From a phage, in assembly GCA_024672315.1 (NCBI GenBank), contig GCA_024672315.1_4714.1: 64,000 nucleotides of DNA; one strand, 5' to 3'. Every line of letters begins with the position of its first letter. Position 1 is the first letter of the stretch. Below are positions 9,646 to 18,462 of this stretch, in pieces. The notes beneath the pieces were generated by a model. That model made no database searches. It saw only the letters and a program-made list of their open reading frames with translations, and was not told the origin of the DNA. The position numbers and the translations under genes are program-made.

Positions 9646-11082
9646 TTACTTTTTCGATGACGCCTTCTCAAGAATCTTGAAAAAGGTCATACCTATACCG
9701 ACAACGGCCGCAGTTATACTCGCAGCGGCTTTCCAAACATCGACGTTACGTTGACGTCGCGCTTCTTCCGCTTCACGTTGTCTTTTTGCCTCTTCATCAC
9801 GTCGGCGTATCTCGGCAGCAAACTCGTCGTGCTTACGTTTGGATTCTTCGTCTCGACGACGAAGTTCAGCGACGAATTCTTCATGTTTGCGTTTAGCCTC
9901 GTCATCACGACGTTTTAAATCAGCTTGATAATCTTCGTGTATTTGTTTACGTAGATCATCTTGACGTTTCATTTCGGCTTGGTGTTGTTCCATCCTACGT
10001 TTTTGTTCGTCTTTAAGCTGATCGAGTTCGGCTTTATGTTGTTCATCGCGCAGCTTTGCGTCGGCGCGATGCGCCTCATGCATCTGCGCGATAACTGCCT
10101 TGTGTTCATCCGCCATACGTCGCATTTCAGCCATCACCCCTTTAAGGGTTTCTTCTGATGCCTTACGTTCGTAGCTACGCTGGTCGAAATCATTTTTGTA
10201 GGCTTCTTTTTGGATGGGGTCGCGCCAATGCAATGCCGATTCACGTGTCGGAAAAACATTGTACTTCCACATCTCTTTTTCCAAATCTTCGACCGGTACG
10301 AAGATGGAGTCATTATTCCCGAAGGTAACCAACATACCTGGCGCGCCTGCTCCATTCGTTGGTTTTATTTCGAACGCTTTCCCCAGCACGTTAACCCATA
10401 AGCTATACGGATTATGAAAGTCGGGTGGCGTCCAATGGATAGTGAGTTGCGTTCCGAGAATTCGGAAACCCTCTGTTTTTCCCGTCAAGCTCCGCGCGCA
10501 CGTTGCGATGTAGGGGTGATCAATCCCTTTCGTAACGTGGTCTGCGCTTTTGTATTCTCCTTTAACTTTTACGATTGCCACGTTGATTTGCGCGACATAA
10601 GCGGGTTGATTAAAGTTCAACGTGTTGAGGTCAATTTGACATATTTCATCCAGCGTATCGTACCAGTCTTGCTGGTCTAATAGGCGCGGCATTTTCTCGG
10701 TGTTAACAATACGACGGATATGCGGTTTCCTTATCGCGTAACCTGTGCCGTTTTTAACACGGAGTATATCCCGACGTCTACCCGCGTAGACGAAGTTTCT
10801 GAATGCACCATTCGCATTAGATACGTCATGGCTGTCAACTATTACAGGACTACGAAATTTTGAACGTCGTACGATCCTGAATGTATTGCCGTCCTCAACC
10901 CTACCAGGAATGTACTGGAACATATTGTCGGAGGTGATAACCAACACGGTATGGCCAGATTCATTAATACATGCCCATCCTAATTCCAGGTCATATAACG
11001 GTTCAGCATAACCGTCAATGCGATAAGCGTGCGTACCATCCCACGGTTCGAACGCCGTATCACATATTGGCATGGAGGGCAT
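9646..11082 (-). CDS. tail-anchored membrane protein with long E/R/K-rich charged helix (478 aa)
   Basis: ATG at 11082 preceded by GGAGG (6-nt spacer); ORF-track TTG start at 11088 rejected. C-terminal 130 aa of near-tandem charged repeats (ELRRRDEESKRKHDEF / EIRRRDEEAKRQ) followed by a hydrophobic segment AAASITAAVVGIGMTFFKIL and a basic tail. Confidence 0.75.
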   Translation of the reverse strand: MPSMPICDTAFEPWDGTHAYRIDGYAEPLYDLELGWACINESGHTVLVITSDNMFQYIPGRVEDGNTFRIVRRSKFRSPVIVDSHDVSNANGAFRNFVYAGRRRDILRVKNGTGYAIRKPHIRRIVNTEKMPRLLDQQDWYDTLDEICQIDLNTLNFNQPAYVAQINVAIVKVKGEYKSADHVTKGIDHPYIATCARSLTGKTEGFRILGTQLTIHWTPPDFHNPYSLWVNVLGKAFEIKPTNGAGAPGMLVTFGNNDSIFVPVEDLEKEMWKYNVFPTRESALHWRDPIQKEAYKNDFDQRSYERKASEETLKGVMAEMRRMADEHKAVIAQMHEAHRADAKLRDEQHKAELDQLKDEQKRRMEQHQAEMKRQDDLRKQIHEDYQADLKRRDDEAKRKHEEFVAELRRRDEESKRKHDEFAAEIRRRDEEAKRQREAEEARRQRNVDVWKAAASITAAVVGIGMTFFKILEKASSKK

Positions 11083-11231
11083 CGTCAACCTCCATCTGAT
11101 TGAAAACTATCACGCATAACGCATTTCCCTTTTCTTGTTCTTATCGAGCCGACAGCCGACGGTTTCAGTATCGTTCCTAGCGCGAGAACGACCTTACGTG
11201 TTGTCTATGCCTTATTCATCGCAGGCGTCTG

Positions 11232-11257
11232 TCACCTAGGTAATGTAAGCGTCAAAT
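11232..11257 (-). promoter_or_regulatory. conserved AT-rich motif (partial copy), candidate phage promoter
   Basis: TCACCTAGGTAATGTAAGCGTCAAA shares the TCACCTAGGTAATGTA core with the 17.7-kb and 57.4-kb copies; upstream of gene 9646-11082. Confidence 0.3.
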
Positions 11258-11290
11258 TTTTTCTATTCGCAACGATAAACGGCATAGAAA

Positions 11291-11320
11291 CCTCCCCCAA
11301 CCCTTACGGGCTGAGGGAGG
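11291..11320. terminator. GC-rich stem-loop, repeat-family member
   Basis: CCTCCCCCAACCC-TTAC-GGGCTGAGGGAGG (13-bp stem, 2 mismatches), about 100 nt downstream of the capsid-candidate stop; flanks GCATAGAA / TTATG. Confidence 0.4.
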
Positions 11321-11419
11321 CTGACTTATGTATCACGGTGCCGGATGAATGTCCGGTGCAATGAAACCATCCGCAACGTTGTCGTCAAGAATATCATCCA
11401 ACGAAGCAGCTACGGTAGT

Positions 11420-13642
11420 TCAGTTAGTCTGAACAGGCAGCTTGATGTTTTCAGTGTAGACCTTACGCAGGTTCACAACGTTAATCAGACCCAGCAGCGG
11501 GCAGTTGTTAACGAAGCGGCAGCGCGGCTGAACCATGGTTTCTTTAGAAACCTGACCGTTACGGGTAACCTGAGCAACAGATACCAGTTCCGGTACATAC
11601 AGGAACATACCGAAGGTCAGCGGATCCGGAGAACCCTGGATACCACGAGACAGGGTCACGAAGATCTTATCACGCAGCATGACGTTCGGGTTATCTACAA
11701 CCACGAAGTTGAAGCTTACACCAACGGTACGGAAATCACCATCGGTCTGCAGGAACTGCGGGATGTAGTTGTCAGTTGCTACTACGCAACGCGGTTTCTC
11801 ATCAGCGTTGGAAGACAGCAGCTGCAGAGCTGGCTGATAACCAGACTCGGAGTACATGCGGTATGCCATTTCACGAATCACGTTCATGATCGCAGCAGAC
11901 ACTTCAGCACGACGTTCTGCAGTGGTGGTACCCTGAACAGATTTCTCCAGGTCCAGATTGATTTCTTCGAACCACGGACGGATCAGGTAACGACCGAAAC
12001 CTTCGATCTGGATGTCGCCGAACTGACGGAAGCGAGAGGTCGCAACCGCTTTCAGTGCGTCTTTGTAGCTGAACAGTTTCTCAACCATCAGGTTGTCGAA
12101 ACGTGCGTTAGCAGCCTGGATCAGAACGTCCAGGTCAGCAGCGTTTTCTTCCCAATCCAGCGGACGAGGAATGGAGAACGGAGCCAGCAGGCCGATTGCG
12201 TAACGTTCTTGCTTCATGTTGAAGTCAAGGTGCTTACCGCGTTCACGACGGTTGCTGTTGTTACGACGGATACGCAGTTCGTAACCAACCAGTTTGAAGC
12301 TCAGGTCTTCAGCCAGCTGTTTGAACTCTTCGCTCTTACGCGGTTGTTCGATGTTGTCCTGATCAACCAGGCGATACAGTTCAGCGTTAGCGCCGTTAAC
12401 ACGCAGACCGGCTTTCTCTACGTTGGAAGAACCGTAAACTTCGATTGCCAGCTGAGCAGCGGATTTCGAATCGATGATGTCCTGCAGCGCTTCAGCTCGT
12501 GCACCTTTAACGTCAACGGTGTGCTCATCAACGAAGATGGAGTGGGTGTCGAACGCCAGGGTCATTTTGCGGAAGTCGCCTTCCAGGGATTTCTGGAAAC
12601 CGTTGGTGATCAGACCAGATACGTCGAACGGTACGTAAGAGGTTTTGCTGTGCTTGGTAGATTTGATTTCCACCAGGATTTTGGTCAGCGTGATCTGAGC
12701 ATCCAGCGCATCGGTGTTGTCGCTGTAACCGTTAGCCAGAATGCTATCGTCTTCAGCGATACCGATCATGTCGATCAGTTTATCAACAGCCAGGTAAGAC
12801 GTTTTATAAGTTACGCCTTTAATTTCGATGTCGCGCGGAGCAACGATAGTTTTGTCAACGAAGTACTGCGCGTTAGCATCGTCAGCACGATAGATCGGAT
12901 GCAGATCGGTCACGTCGTTGGACAGAACGTCGTTGTACATGAACGCATCCAGCAGCGGACGACGTACCCAATCAGCCGGAGTACCGTCAGCGTTACGGCG
13001 CAGGTGGTTGAACACCAGCGGACGACGGAAAGATACATCGTAACCGATCTGGTTCGGAGCCAGAACGATGGTGTTGTACAGTTCGTTACCCATGCGGCTC
13101 AGACGAGAAGCCTTCACGTTGAACACAACGGAGTACGGCATCATGTCACGCAGTTCTTTCTGGTCGTAGGACAGCTGAACCAGTTCTTCAGATTCGCAAC
13201 CGCAGGAATCAGCAGCCATCATGACGAAGTTAGAGCTGTCAACTTCACGGCCAGACGGAGTGGTGCTGATGTTCATGGAACGTGCTTGTTTAGCATATTC
13301 CACCGGGTTGCCATGAGCCAGCATGATCAGTGCTGCTGCACGAGCCTGCTGTGCGTTCATGGTGAACAGCTGTTCTTCAATACGCTGCTTCTCTTCCGGA
13401 GTGGTGGTTTCGAAGCCCAGCATGGACAGAACCGGTTCTTCTGCTTTACGGATGTCGCTGCTGAAGCTCTTAACATCCATTTCGTTAACCAGTTTGTCCA
13501 TGGATTTGAAATCAACCTTAGAAGCAGATTCCATAGACAGGAAGGTGTTCTCCAGACCTTTGTCTGCTGGTTTGCTACCATTAGCGGTCAGGAACTGGCG
13601 AGTGGCCGCGACCTGTTGGCTAAGAAGGGTTTTATCATTCAT
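11420..13642 (-). CDS. candidate major capsid protein (phiKZ-like, 740 aa)
   Basis: Strongest codon bias in the window (CTG/CGT/GGT/AAC/TTC-rich), implying very high expression; size matches the ~740-750 aa major capsid proteins of phiKZ-like phages (from memory); AAGGA RBS; embedded in head-protein context. Sequence identity to a capsid protein not verified. Confidence 0.55.
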   Translation of the reverse strand: MNDKTLLSQQVAATRQFLTANGSKPADKGLENTFLSMESASKVDFKSMDKLVNEMDVKSFSSDIRKAEEPVLSMLGFETTTPEEKQRIEEQLFTMNAQQARAAALIMLAHGNPVEYAKQARSMNISTTPSGREVDSSNFVMMAADSCGCESEELVQLSYDQKELRDMMPYSVVFNVKASRLSRMGNELYNTIVLAPNQIGYDVSFRRPLVFNHLRRNADGTPADWVRRPLLDAFMYNDVLSNDVTDLHPIYRADDANAQYFVDKTIVAPRDIEIKGVTYKTSYLAVDKLIDMIGIAEDDSILANGYSDNTDALDAQITLTKILVEIKSTKHSKTSYVPFDVSGLITNGFQKSLEGDFRKMTLAFDTHSIFVDEHTVDVKGARAEALQDIIDSKSAAQLAIEVYGSSNVEKAGLRVNGANAELYRLVDQDNIEQPRKSEEFKQLAEDLSFKLVGYELRIRRNNSNRRERGKHLDFNMKQERYAIGLLAPFSIPRPLDWEENAADLDVLIQAANARFDNLMVEKLFSYKDALKAVATSRFRQFGDIQIEGFGRYLIRPWFEEINLDLEKSVQGTTTAERRAEVSAAIMNVIREMAYRMYSESGYQPALQLLSSNADEKPRCVVATDNYIPQFLQTDGDFRTVGVSFNFVVVDNPNVMLRDKIFVTLSRGIQGSPDPLTFGMFLYVPELVSVAQVTRNGQVSKETMVQPRCRFVNNCPLLGLINVVNLRKVYTENIKLPVQTN

Positions 13643-13791
13643 TGAAAGTATCCTTTACAGAATTAACTTATATAAGTCGGTCGATAGACCATAGCGTACA
13701 CGCGTGCATGCGCCACTATAGTATCAGTAAACACTTACCGTTATTGAGGTCGTGATACAACACTAAAAATGCCGCATAACTTTTCCCTACG

Positions 13792-14412
13792 TCACAAACG
13801 ACGCAGGCGATAATGGATGGAACGATTGGTGCAATATGAACGGAACAGCGGCAATTGCGCAACTTCCGCAAGACTCATATTAATTCGCAGGTGTTCAATA
13901 ACGGCGCTGTAGTTATCAGCAATACGATCGCTCAATAACTCTTCTGCCAATAAAGGAAGACAATCGACAACAATCGCGATCACATCCTCATTAACATAAC
14001 GCACCCGAACACTCAACGGACGTTTGTCTGGGCTGTAAGTTGGATCCGCCAAACGACGTTCAATATCACGCGGATAGCTCGTCAGTAAATGGTAATAACC
14101 ATTGTCATAACGATTGATGTACTCACACAGCACATCAACATTCTTCTCTGGCGGCAAACCTGTTTCGTCATAGTGATACGCAAACATACCACCAAGCAAG
14201 TTGTTAAGATGAACCGCAGGGTTCGCTTGTTCGTGTTCTTTCGTGATGAAGAAAGGCACGTTCTGGGCTGCGAAATAAAAACCTACATCATTGGGCGATA
14301 GTATGCCGAAAAGACTTTTAGGGTCTAATAACACCTGTAAGTCATCACGCGCATTTCGAATAATCGCGTGTTCTACCCAATTCGGAACGACGAGATATCG
14401 GAGTTCCTTCAT
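13792..14412 (-). CDS. hypothetical protein (206 aa)
   Basis: ORF with AAGAGG RBS 8 nt upstream of ATG; diverges from plus-strand gene at 14452. Confidence 0.7.
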   Translation of the reverse strand: MKELRYLVVPNWVEHAIIRNARDDLQVLLDPKSLFGILSPNDVGFYFAAQNVPFFITKEHEQANPAVHLNNLLGGMFAYHYDETGLPPEKNVDVLCEYINRYDNGYYHLLTSYPRDIERRLADPTYSPDKRPLSVRVRYVNEDVIAIVVDCLPLLAEELLSDRIADNYSAVIEHLRINMSLAEVAQLPLFRSYCTNRSIHYRLRRL

Positions 14413-14451
14413 TATGATTACCTCTTTGCAAGTATCGAAAGGATTGAGTCG

Positions 14452-16062
14452 ATGGACCCAAAACAGATAGCCATTAAGATTATTACGTTACTGTTTCGTA
14501 ATGCACAATTGAACCATCCCGATCCCAGTACGATCGAACATGTTAAATCCGTCTTAGATAAAGTCGAACCCCCGAAAAACCATCTCGCTACAGACGTAGA
14601 TAGAGAGGTTTTCAGCAACCTGATGAACACCATTCATTGGATGCTGGAACAACCGTTATCGGAACCTTTCGATAAACAACAGTTGTTACAAAGGATACGT
14701 TTAGATTGCCTTGAACAAAGCAACCTTTACGAGATTCTTGCCGACGGACTGTACGATATCGAAGACGACGCTCATATCAGTAAGGTCTGTTCGCTCTATT
14801 ACAATGAATTACGTAATCTGATTACCCGTCGTCGTGTTTTCGAAACCTTTAAAAACACGTACATGGATATCAGTAACGGGCGACTTGGGGATAAAGAATT
14901 TTTCGATGCGATGGCGAATTTGAAATTATCGCTAGACAGTATCGAAATGGATACCGAAAATCCCGAAGAGATGTCGTGTATGATTGACGGCTTTATCGCT
15001 GACAGTGAAGACGATATCGAGAAAGTTGAACGTATGTTCGTCAAAGCGATGGAACGTAACAGTCCTGAAGGTGGGTTTGTAACCGGCTGGCAAGGCTTTA
15101 ATAAAATGTTGGGGTCGGTCGGCGTTTTACGTCGCGGTACCTTAGGACTGATTGGTGCAATGCAGCACCGGAACAAGTCAGGTGTGTTGTTAAAACTGTT
15201 CACGCATCTGGCACTGTACAATAAACCCCATTTCTTTTTTCCGGAGCGAGCAAAGAAAGCACTACTGATTCATTTGTCAACCGAAAACGAAGTGGAAGAA
15301 AACACGCTTCAAATATACAAGAACATGCGAGAACAGGAAACAGGCGAATATGTCGATATTCGTAAGATTGACCCTCGCGAGGCATCACGTTATGTGTTGA
15401 AGGTGTTCAATGATGCGGGTTTCTCTGTTTGTATGCGTCGTGTTGATGGGATGAGCTATAAACAACTCGCTAATCTCATCGACCATTTCGAACGCATGGG
15501 TTATGAAGTCATGGCGTTGTTCATTGACTATCTGAAAATGTTCTCATCGGAAGGGTTGGATAGAAATGGGCCGACCGGCGCATGGCTCCAAGAACTCTTT
15601 AACAAAGTACGTAACCTCTGCAGCGTTAAACGTATTTTAGGTATGACCGTACACCAGCTGTCATCCGATGCGAAGATGCGTGCGCGTGATGGCAACGATG
15701 AAGAGTTCGTTGACCAGGTCGCGGGTTTAAGTTACTGGGATGGTTGTAAAGGGATTGACCGTGAGATTGACCTTGAAGTGATTGTTGATATCGTTAAGGA
15801 ACCGGGCAAACGTCAAAGCTGGCAGGTCTTTGCGTTAGGGAAAGACCGTCAACCGGATAACGGTTCAACGAAACCTGAAGACAAACATTTCGCGATGCCA
15901 TTCCAAACCATCGGGATGCTTCCTGATGATTACGGTAAGAAAGCAGTATACTGCCGCAAGGTTGGCGGACAACCTGTCTCCGAGGGAGGTAAAGGTCCGT
16001 GGAACAAGTTCGATGAAAACGCAGCACCGAGTAATGAATTACAATTTGATTTAGAATTTTAA
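14452..16062 (+). CDS. hypothetical protein with degenerate P-loop NTPase-like motifs (possible DnaB-like helicase or terminase-type ATPase)
   Basis: ATG at 14452 with AAAGGA RBS (ORF-track start 14368 rejected). Motifs resembling DnaB helicase Walker B (ALFIDYLKMF vs DYLQLM) and H3 (HQLSS), with a degenerate Walker A-like GAMQHRNKSG. Assignment is weak. Confidence 0.35.
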   Translation: MDPKQIAIKIITLLFRNAQLNHPDPSTIEHVKSVLDKVEPPKNHLATDVDREVFSNLMNTIHWMLEQPLSEPFDKQQLLQRIRLDCLEQSNLYEILADGLYDIEDDAHISKVCSLYYNELRNLITRRRVFETFKNTYMDISNGRLGDKEFFDAMANLKLSLDSIEMDTENPEEMSCMIDGFIADSEDDIEKVERMFVKAMERNSPEGGFVTGWQGFNKMLGSVGVLRRGTLGLIGAMQHRNKSGVLLKLFTHLALYNKPHFFFPERAKKALLIHLSTENEVEENTLQIYKNMREQETGEYVDIRKIDPREASRYVLKVFNDAGFSVCMRRVDGMSYKQLANLIDHFERMGYEVMALFIDYLKMFSSEGLDRNGPTGAWLQELFNKVRNLCSVKRILGMTVHQLSSDAKMRARDGNDEEFVDQVAGLSYWDGCKGIDREIDLEVIVDIVKEPGKRQSWQVFALGKDRQPDNGSTKPEDKHFAMPFQTIGMLPDDYGKKAVYCRKVGGQPVSEGGKGPWNKFDENAAPSNELQFDLEF

Positions 16063-16090
16063 ACGCAAAAAAAAAAAAGATTGTGCGGTT

Positions 16091-16122
16091 CCCTCCTCCA
16101 ACCCGTAAGGGAAGGAGGAGGG
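16091..16122. terminator. GC-rich stem-loop, repeat-family member
   Basis: CCCTCCTCCAACCC-GTAA-GGGAAGGAGGAGGG between convergent genes; A12 run at 16067-16078; TTATG downstream. Confidence 0.45.
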
Positions 16123-16138
16123 GTTATGACCGCTTTGA

Positions 16139-16465
16139 TTAACTTATTGTCATGAATTCATTAGGTGAAAATTTCCAGCCGTTCTCAGTGAGAAGCGTGT
16201 TGAGTTTCGCTGCAACGATAAGCCATGCGTGCATGGCTGTTACGTCGTATTGGCGATTCACTCGACGTTGGTTTTCGATATTGATTTGCTCCTGTTCAGT
16301 GATGTTTGGATAAAGTGCGATAGCGCTGGGTTTACCCAATGCGCTAGTCATCACCGCCGTACATTCACTGATAATGTTGTTTAAGTGGTAGTTATACACC
16401 GTTCCACGCATGACGCGATGACGGCATTCGATAATAGCGTCGTAAATGATTTCTCGAGTAATCAT
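16139..16465 (-). CDS. hypothetical protein (108 aa)
   Basis: ORF in minus-strand run, 6 nt downstream of upstream gene stop; no clear RBS. Confidence 0.55.
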   Translation of the reverse strand: MITREIIYDAIIECRHRVMRGTVYNYHLNNIISECTAVMTSALGKPSAIALYPNITEQEQINIENQRRVNRQYDVTAMHAWLIVAAKLNTLLTENGWKFSPNEFMTIS

Positions 16466-16471
16466 GATAAT

Positions 16472-16873
16472 TTAAAACATACGGTCGTTTTTAGCACGGG
16501 CATCCATTACCAGATCGTAGATGCCTGCGGTTCGTAAGCACTCTTCGTAGTAACGATGTGTGCCTTCCTCAGCCATCCACGATAGCCCACGACTATCCGC
16601 AACAATAACCAGTTTGTTATTGTTGAACGCACACACCACACGGTAGGTCGCGTTGTTATTCGGATCGCGAGTGATAAGTTCGTAGACGCCGTTAACAGGT
16701 TTACTGAATTCACCATTTAACGGAACGAGTTCGGTAGTACCTTCAGCAAACGTTACGTTGATCGGTGATGGATCTTTAGCGATAACAGTATATTCCACAT
16801 TGTGTTCTTTACTGGTCATAATACCGAAGTAAGAACTGACAGGGGAACGCGGTACACTAAGAATATTAAACAT
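16472..16873 (-). CDS. hypothetical protein (133 aa)
   Basis: ORF with AAGAGG RBS upstream of ATG. Confidence 0.65.
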   Translation of the reverse strand: MFNILSVPRSPVSSYFGIMTSKEHNVEYTVIAKDPSPINVTFAEGTTELVPLNGEFSKPVNGVYELITRDPNNNATYRVVCAFNNNKLVIVADSRGLSWMAEEGTHRYYEECLRTAGIYDLVMDARAKNDRMF

Positions 16874-16942
16874 AAATGTTGTCCTCTTAATTGGATTTAG
16901 ATTGTTGAGTATGTGATTGGAAATGAAAACGTTGTTTCGGTT

Positions 16943-17512
16943 TTAGACGATGAGTGACCAGGTGGTAAGCACCCCGCTTGCGAATTCGAGCTTAAGACGT
17001 TTACCGATAAGTTGTTGCTGAATCATCTTCTCGGTGATACGTCGATCATGCTGAACCGCTTTATCAAACGCTTCTTTCGCTTCAGCTTGGTAGAAGTTCG
17101 TTTCTTCGTTTTCGTCGATCTCTTCGAGAGCATCGTCGTCGATGTCAGCAAGTTTCACTCGACCGTTTTCATCAGGTTGTTCTGCAGGTTCATTGTCATA
17201 CGGCGTGTCTTTTGTTGGTGCGACACGATGTTGCAACTCGACCTGTGTTAACATGATCTCCATCTCACCATCGATAGGAATGATTTCATCGGCGCTGCCG
17301 TTTTCGGTCAGCTCCCGACTTTCCAGTAATGTCGTCGTAACAGAGAACACCTCTTCAACAGGAACCTCATCATCGTCGATGGTGTTAACCGTGTTGCTGG
17401 TAACTTCAGCAACGACCATCAAATCAAATGCGTGAGGATCGCCTGGCATTTTGATTCCTGGAAGTTTGTTGAGGTACCAAGGATCAAGAATCATGATTTC
17501 TGGATTAAACAT
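16943..17512 (-). CDS. hypothetical acidic protein (189 aa)
   Basis: ORF with ATG; strongly acidic composition; preceded by 300-nt intergenic region carrying the conserved promoter-like motif and hairpin. Confidence 0.65.
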   Translation of the reverse strand: MFNPEIMILDPWYLNKLPGIKMPGDPHAFDLMVVAEVTSNTVNTIDDDEVPVEEVFSVTTTLLESRELTENGSADEIIPIDGEMEIMLTQVELQHRVAPTKDTPYDNEPAEQPDENGRVKLADIDDDALEEIDENEETNFYQAEAKEAFDKAVQHDRRITEKMIQQQLIGKRLKLEFASGVLTTWSLIV

Positions 17513-17708
17513 CGTATTTTTACCTTTCTATGTTAGGTGGATTGCGGATAGAAGAATCAATGCATAGATTGATCGTTCTATGTTAGAAATTATTGCTGAA
17601 CTGGTTATGGTTATAACGCGTGTTTTCGTATGCTGACGGGTCGCGTATTAATAAGGCCATGACTGTATCCTCGATTATTAAGAGAAATTTACAACGGTAA
17701 CAGTAACC

Positions 17709-17747
17709 GCTCTTATCACCTAGGTAATGTAGTCGTGAAATAAACTG
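17709..17747 (-). promoter_or_regulatory. conserved AT-rich motif, candidate phage promoter
   Basis: Plus-strand GCTCTTATCACCTAGGTAATGTAGTCGTGAAATAAACTG; minus-strand reading contains TACATTACC; near-identical copies at 57427-57508 and partly at 11232-11257, each between a GC-rich hairpin and a downstream minus-strand gene. Confidence 0.35.
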
Positions 17748-17775
17748 GAGTAACGAGAAATAAGACAGCATAGAA

Positions 17776-17807
17776 CCCTCTCCCTTCCCTGATGGGTTGG
17801 GAGAGGG
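17776..17807. terminator. GC-rich stem-loop, repeat-family member
   Basis: CCCTCTCCCTTCCC-TGAT-GGGTTGGGAGAGGG; flanks GCATAGAA / ATATA; adjacent to conserved promoter-like motif 17709-17747. Confidence 0.4.
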
Positions 17808-17813
17808 AATATA

Positions 17814-18446
17814 TCACCAATGATCGAAGGAACCGGGAGCGTTACGAACGATCTCAACTTGGAAGGTTATTGGTACTGATGGCAATGAAACATATTCGCG
17901 TTGCGATAGCAGGACGTTGTCTTCTCGCTCATCGATGCGAGCAGAACCCGTCAGAAATTGGAACATAGCGACTTGAAGCTCATCGGTGAAACGGAGGTAC
18001 TCACCGATGTGTGGTGTTGCATCATATCGAATAAGTACGTTACCAAACCGTCGTGCGATATTTGGAGTATCTGTGAACGAAACAGGGAAATCCAAAGTCA
18101 TTCCCATCGTTTCACCTGGCTTCATTTTCCGAATCGACGCAATTGGCACGTCGAAGATATTCCATTCTTCTTTCATCGTGTCTGGAAACACACCGCGATA
18201 CAAGATGGTTTTTTGATGACGATGAACGGGTTGTAAACGGTCAACCAATATTTTCAAAGGTTTAAGTTCTTCAGCCAATTCATAATCTGCTTGGATGTTC
18301 CACTTTGCCGCAAGTTCCATTAGGTTGGGATACGCGCTATATTTATTGACGATAGCCCAGTTAACATTACGCAAATCGATAGGAAGGAATTTGATAATTT
18401 CCTTGTTGAATATCCATTGGTTTAATTTCTTAATCTCCGAAAGCAT
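17814..18446 (-). CDS. hypothetical protein (about 210 aa)
   Basis: Start moved to ATG at 18446 (MLSEIKK...), 18 nt after the upstream gene stop; ORF-track start 18575 would overlap upstream gene by 113 nt. Confidence 0.6.
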   Translation of the reverse strand: MLSEIKKLNQWIFNKEIIKFLPIDLRNVNWAIVNKYSAYPNLMELAAKWNIQADYELAEELKPLKILVDRLQPVHRHQKTILYRGVFPDTMKEEWNIFDVPIASIRKMKPGETMGMTLDFPVSFTDTPNIARRFGNVLIRYDATPHIGEYLRFTDELQVAMFQFLTGSARIDEREDNVLLSQREYVSLPSVPITFQVEIVRNAPGSFDHW

Positions 18447-18462
18447 GATGTACTCACTACAG

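Noticed and set aside
11345-13645. 766-aa ORF on the plus strand fully overlapping the capsid-candidate gene
   Set aside because: Antisense to the strongly codon-biased minus-strand gene; its translation is low-complexity (V/Q/T/F-rich) and it has no RBS. Stop-free antisense frames are expected opposite highly biased genes.
17720-17745. T7-like promoter (minus-strand CACGACTACATTACCTAGG versus TACGACTCACTATAGG)
   Set aside because: Similarity is partial and no single-subunit T7-type RNA polymerase gene is evident in the window.
17583-17771. 62-aa ORF in the 300-nt intergenic region
   Set aside because: It overlaps the conserved promoter-like motif, has no RBS and is better explained as non-coding regulatory sequence.
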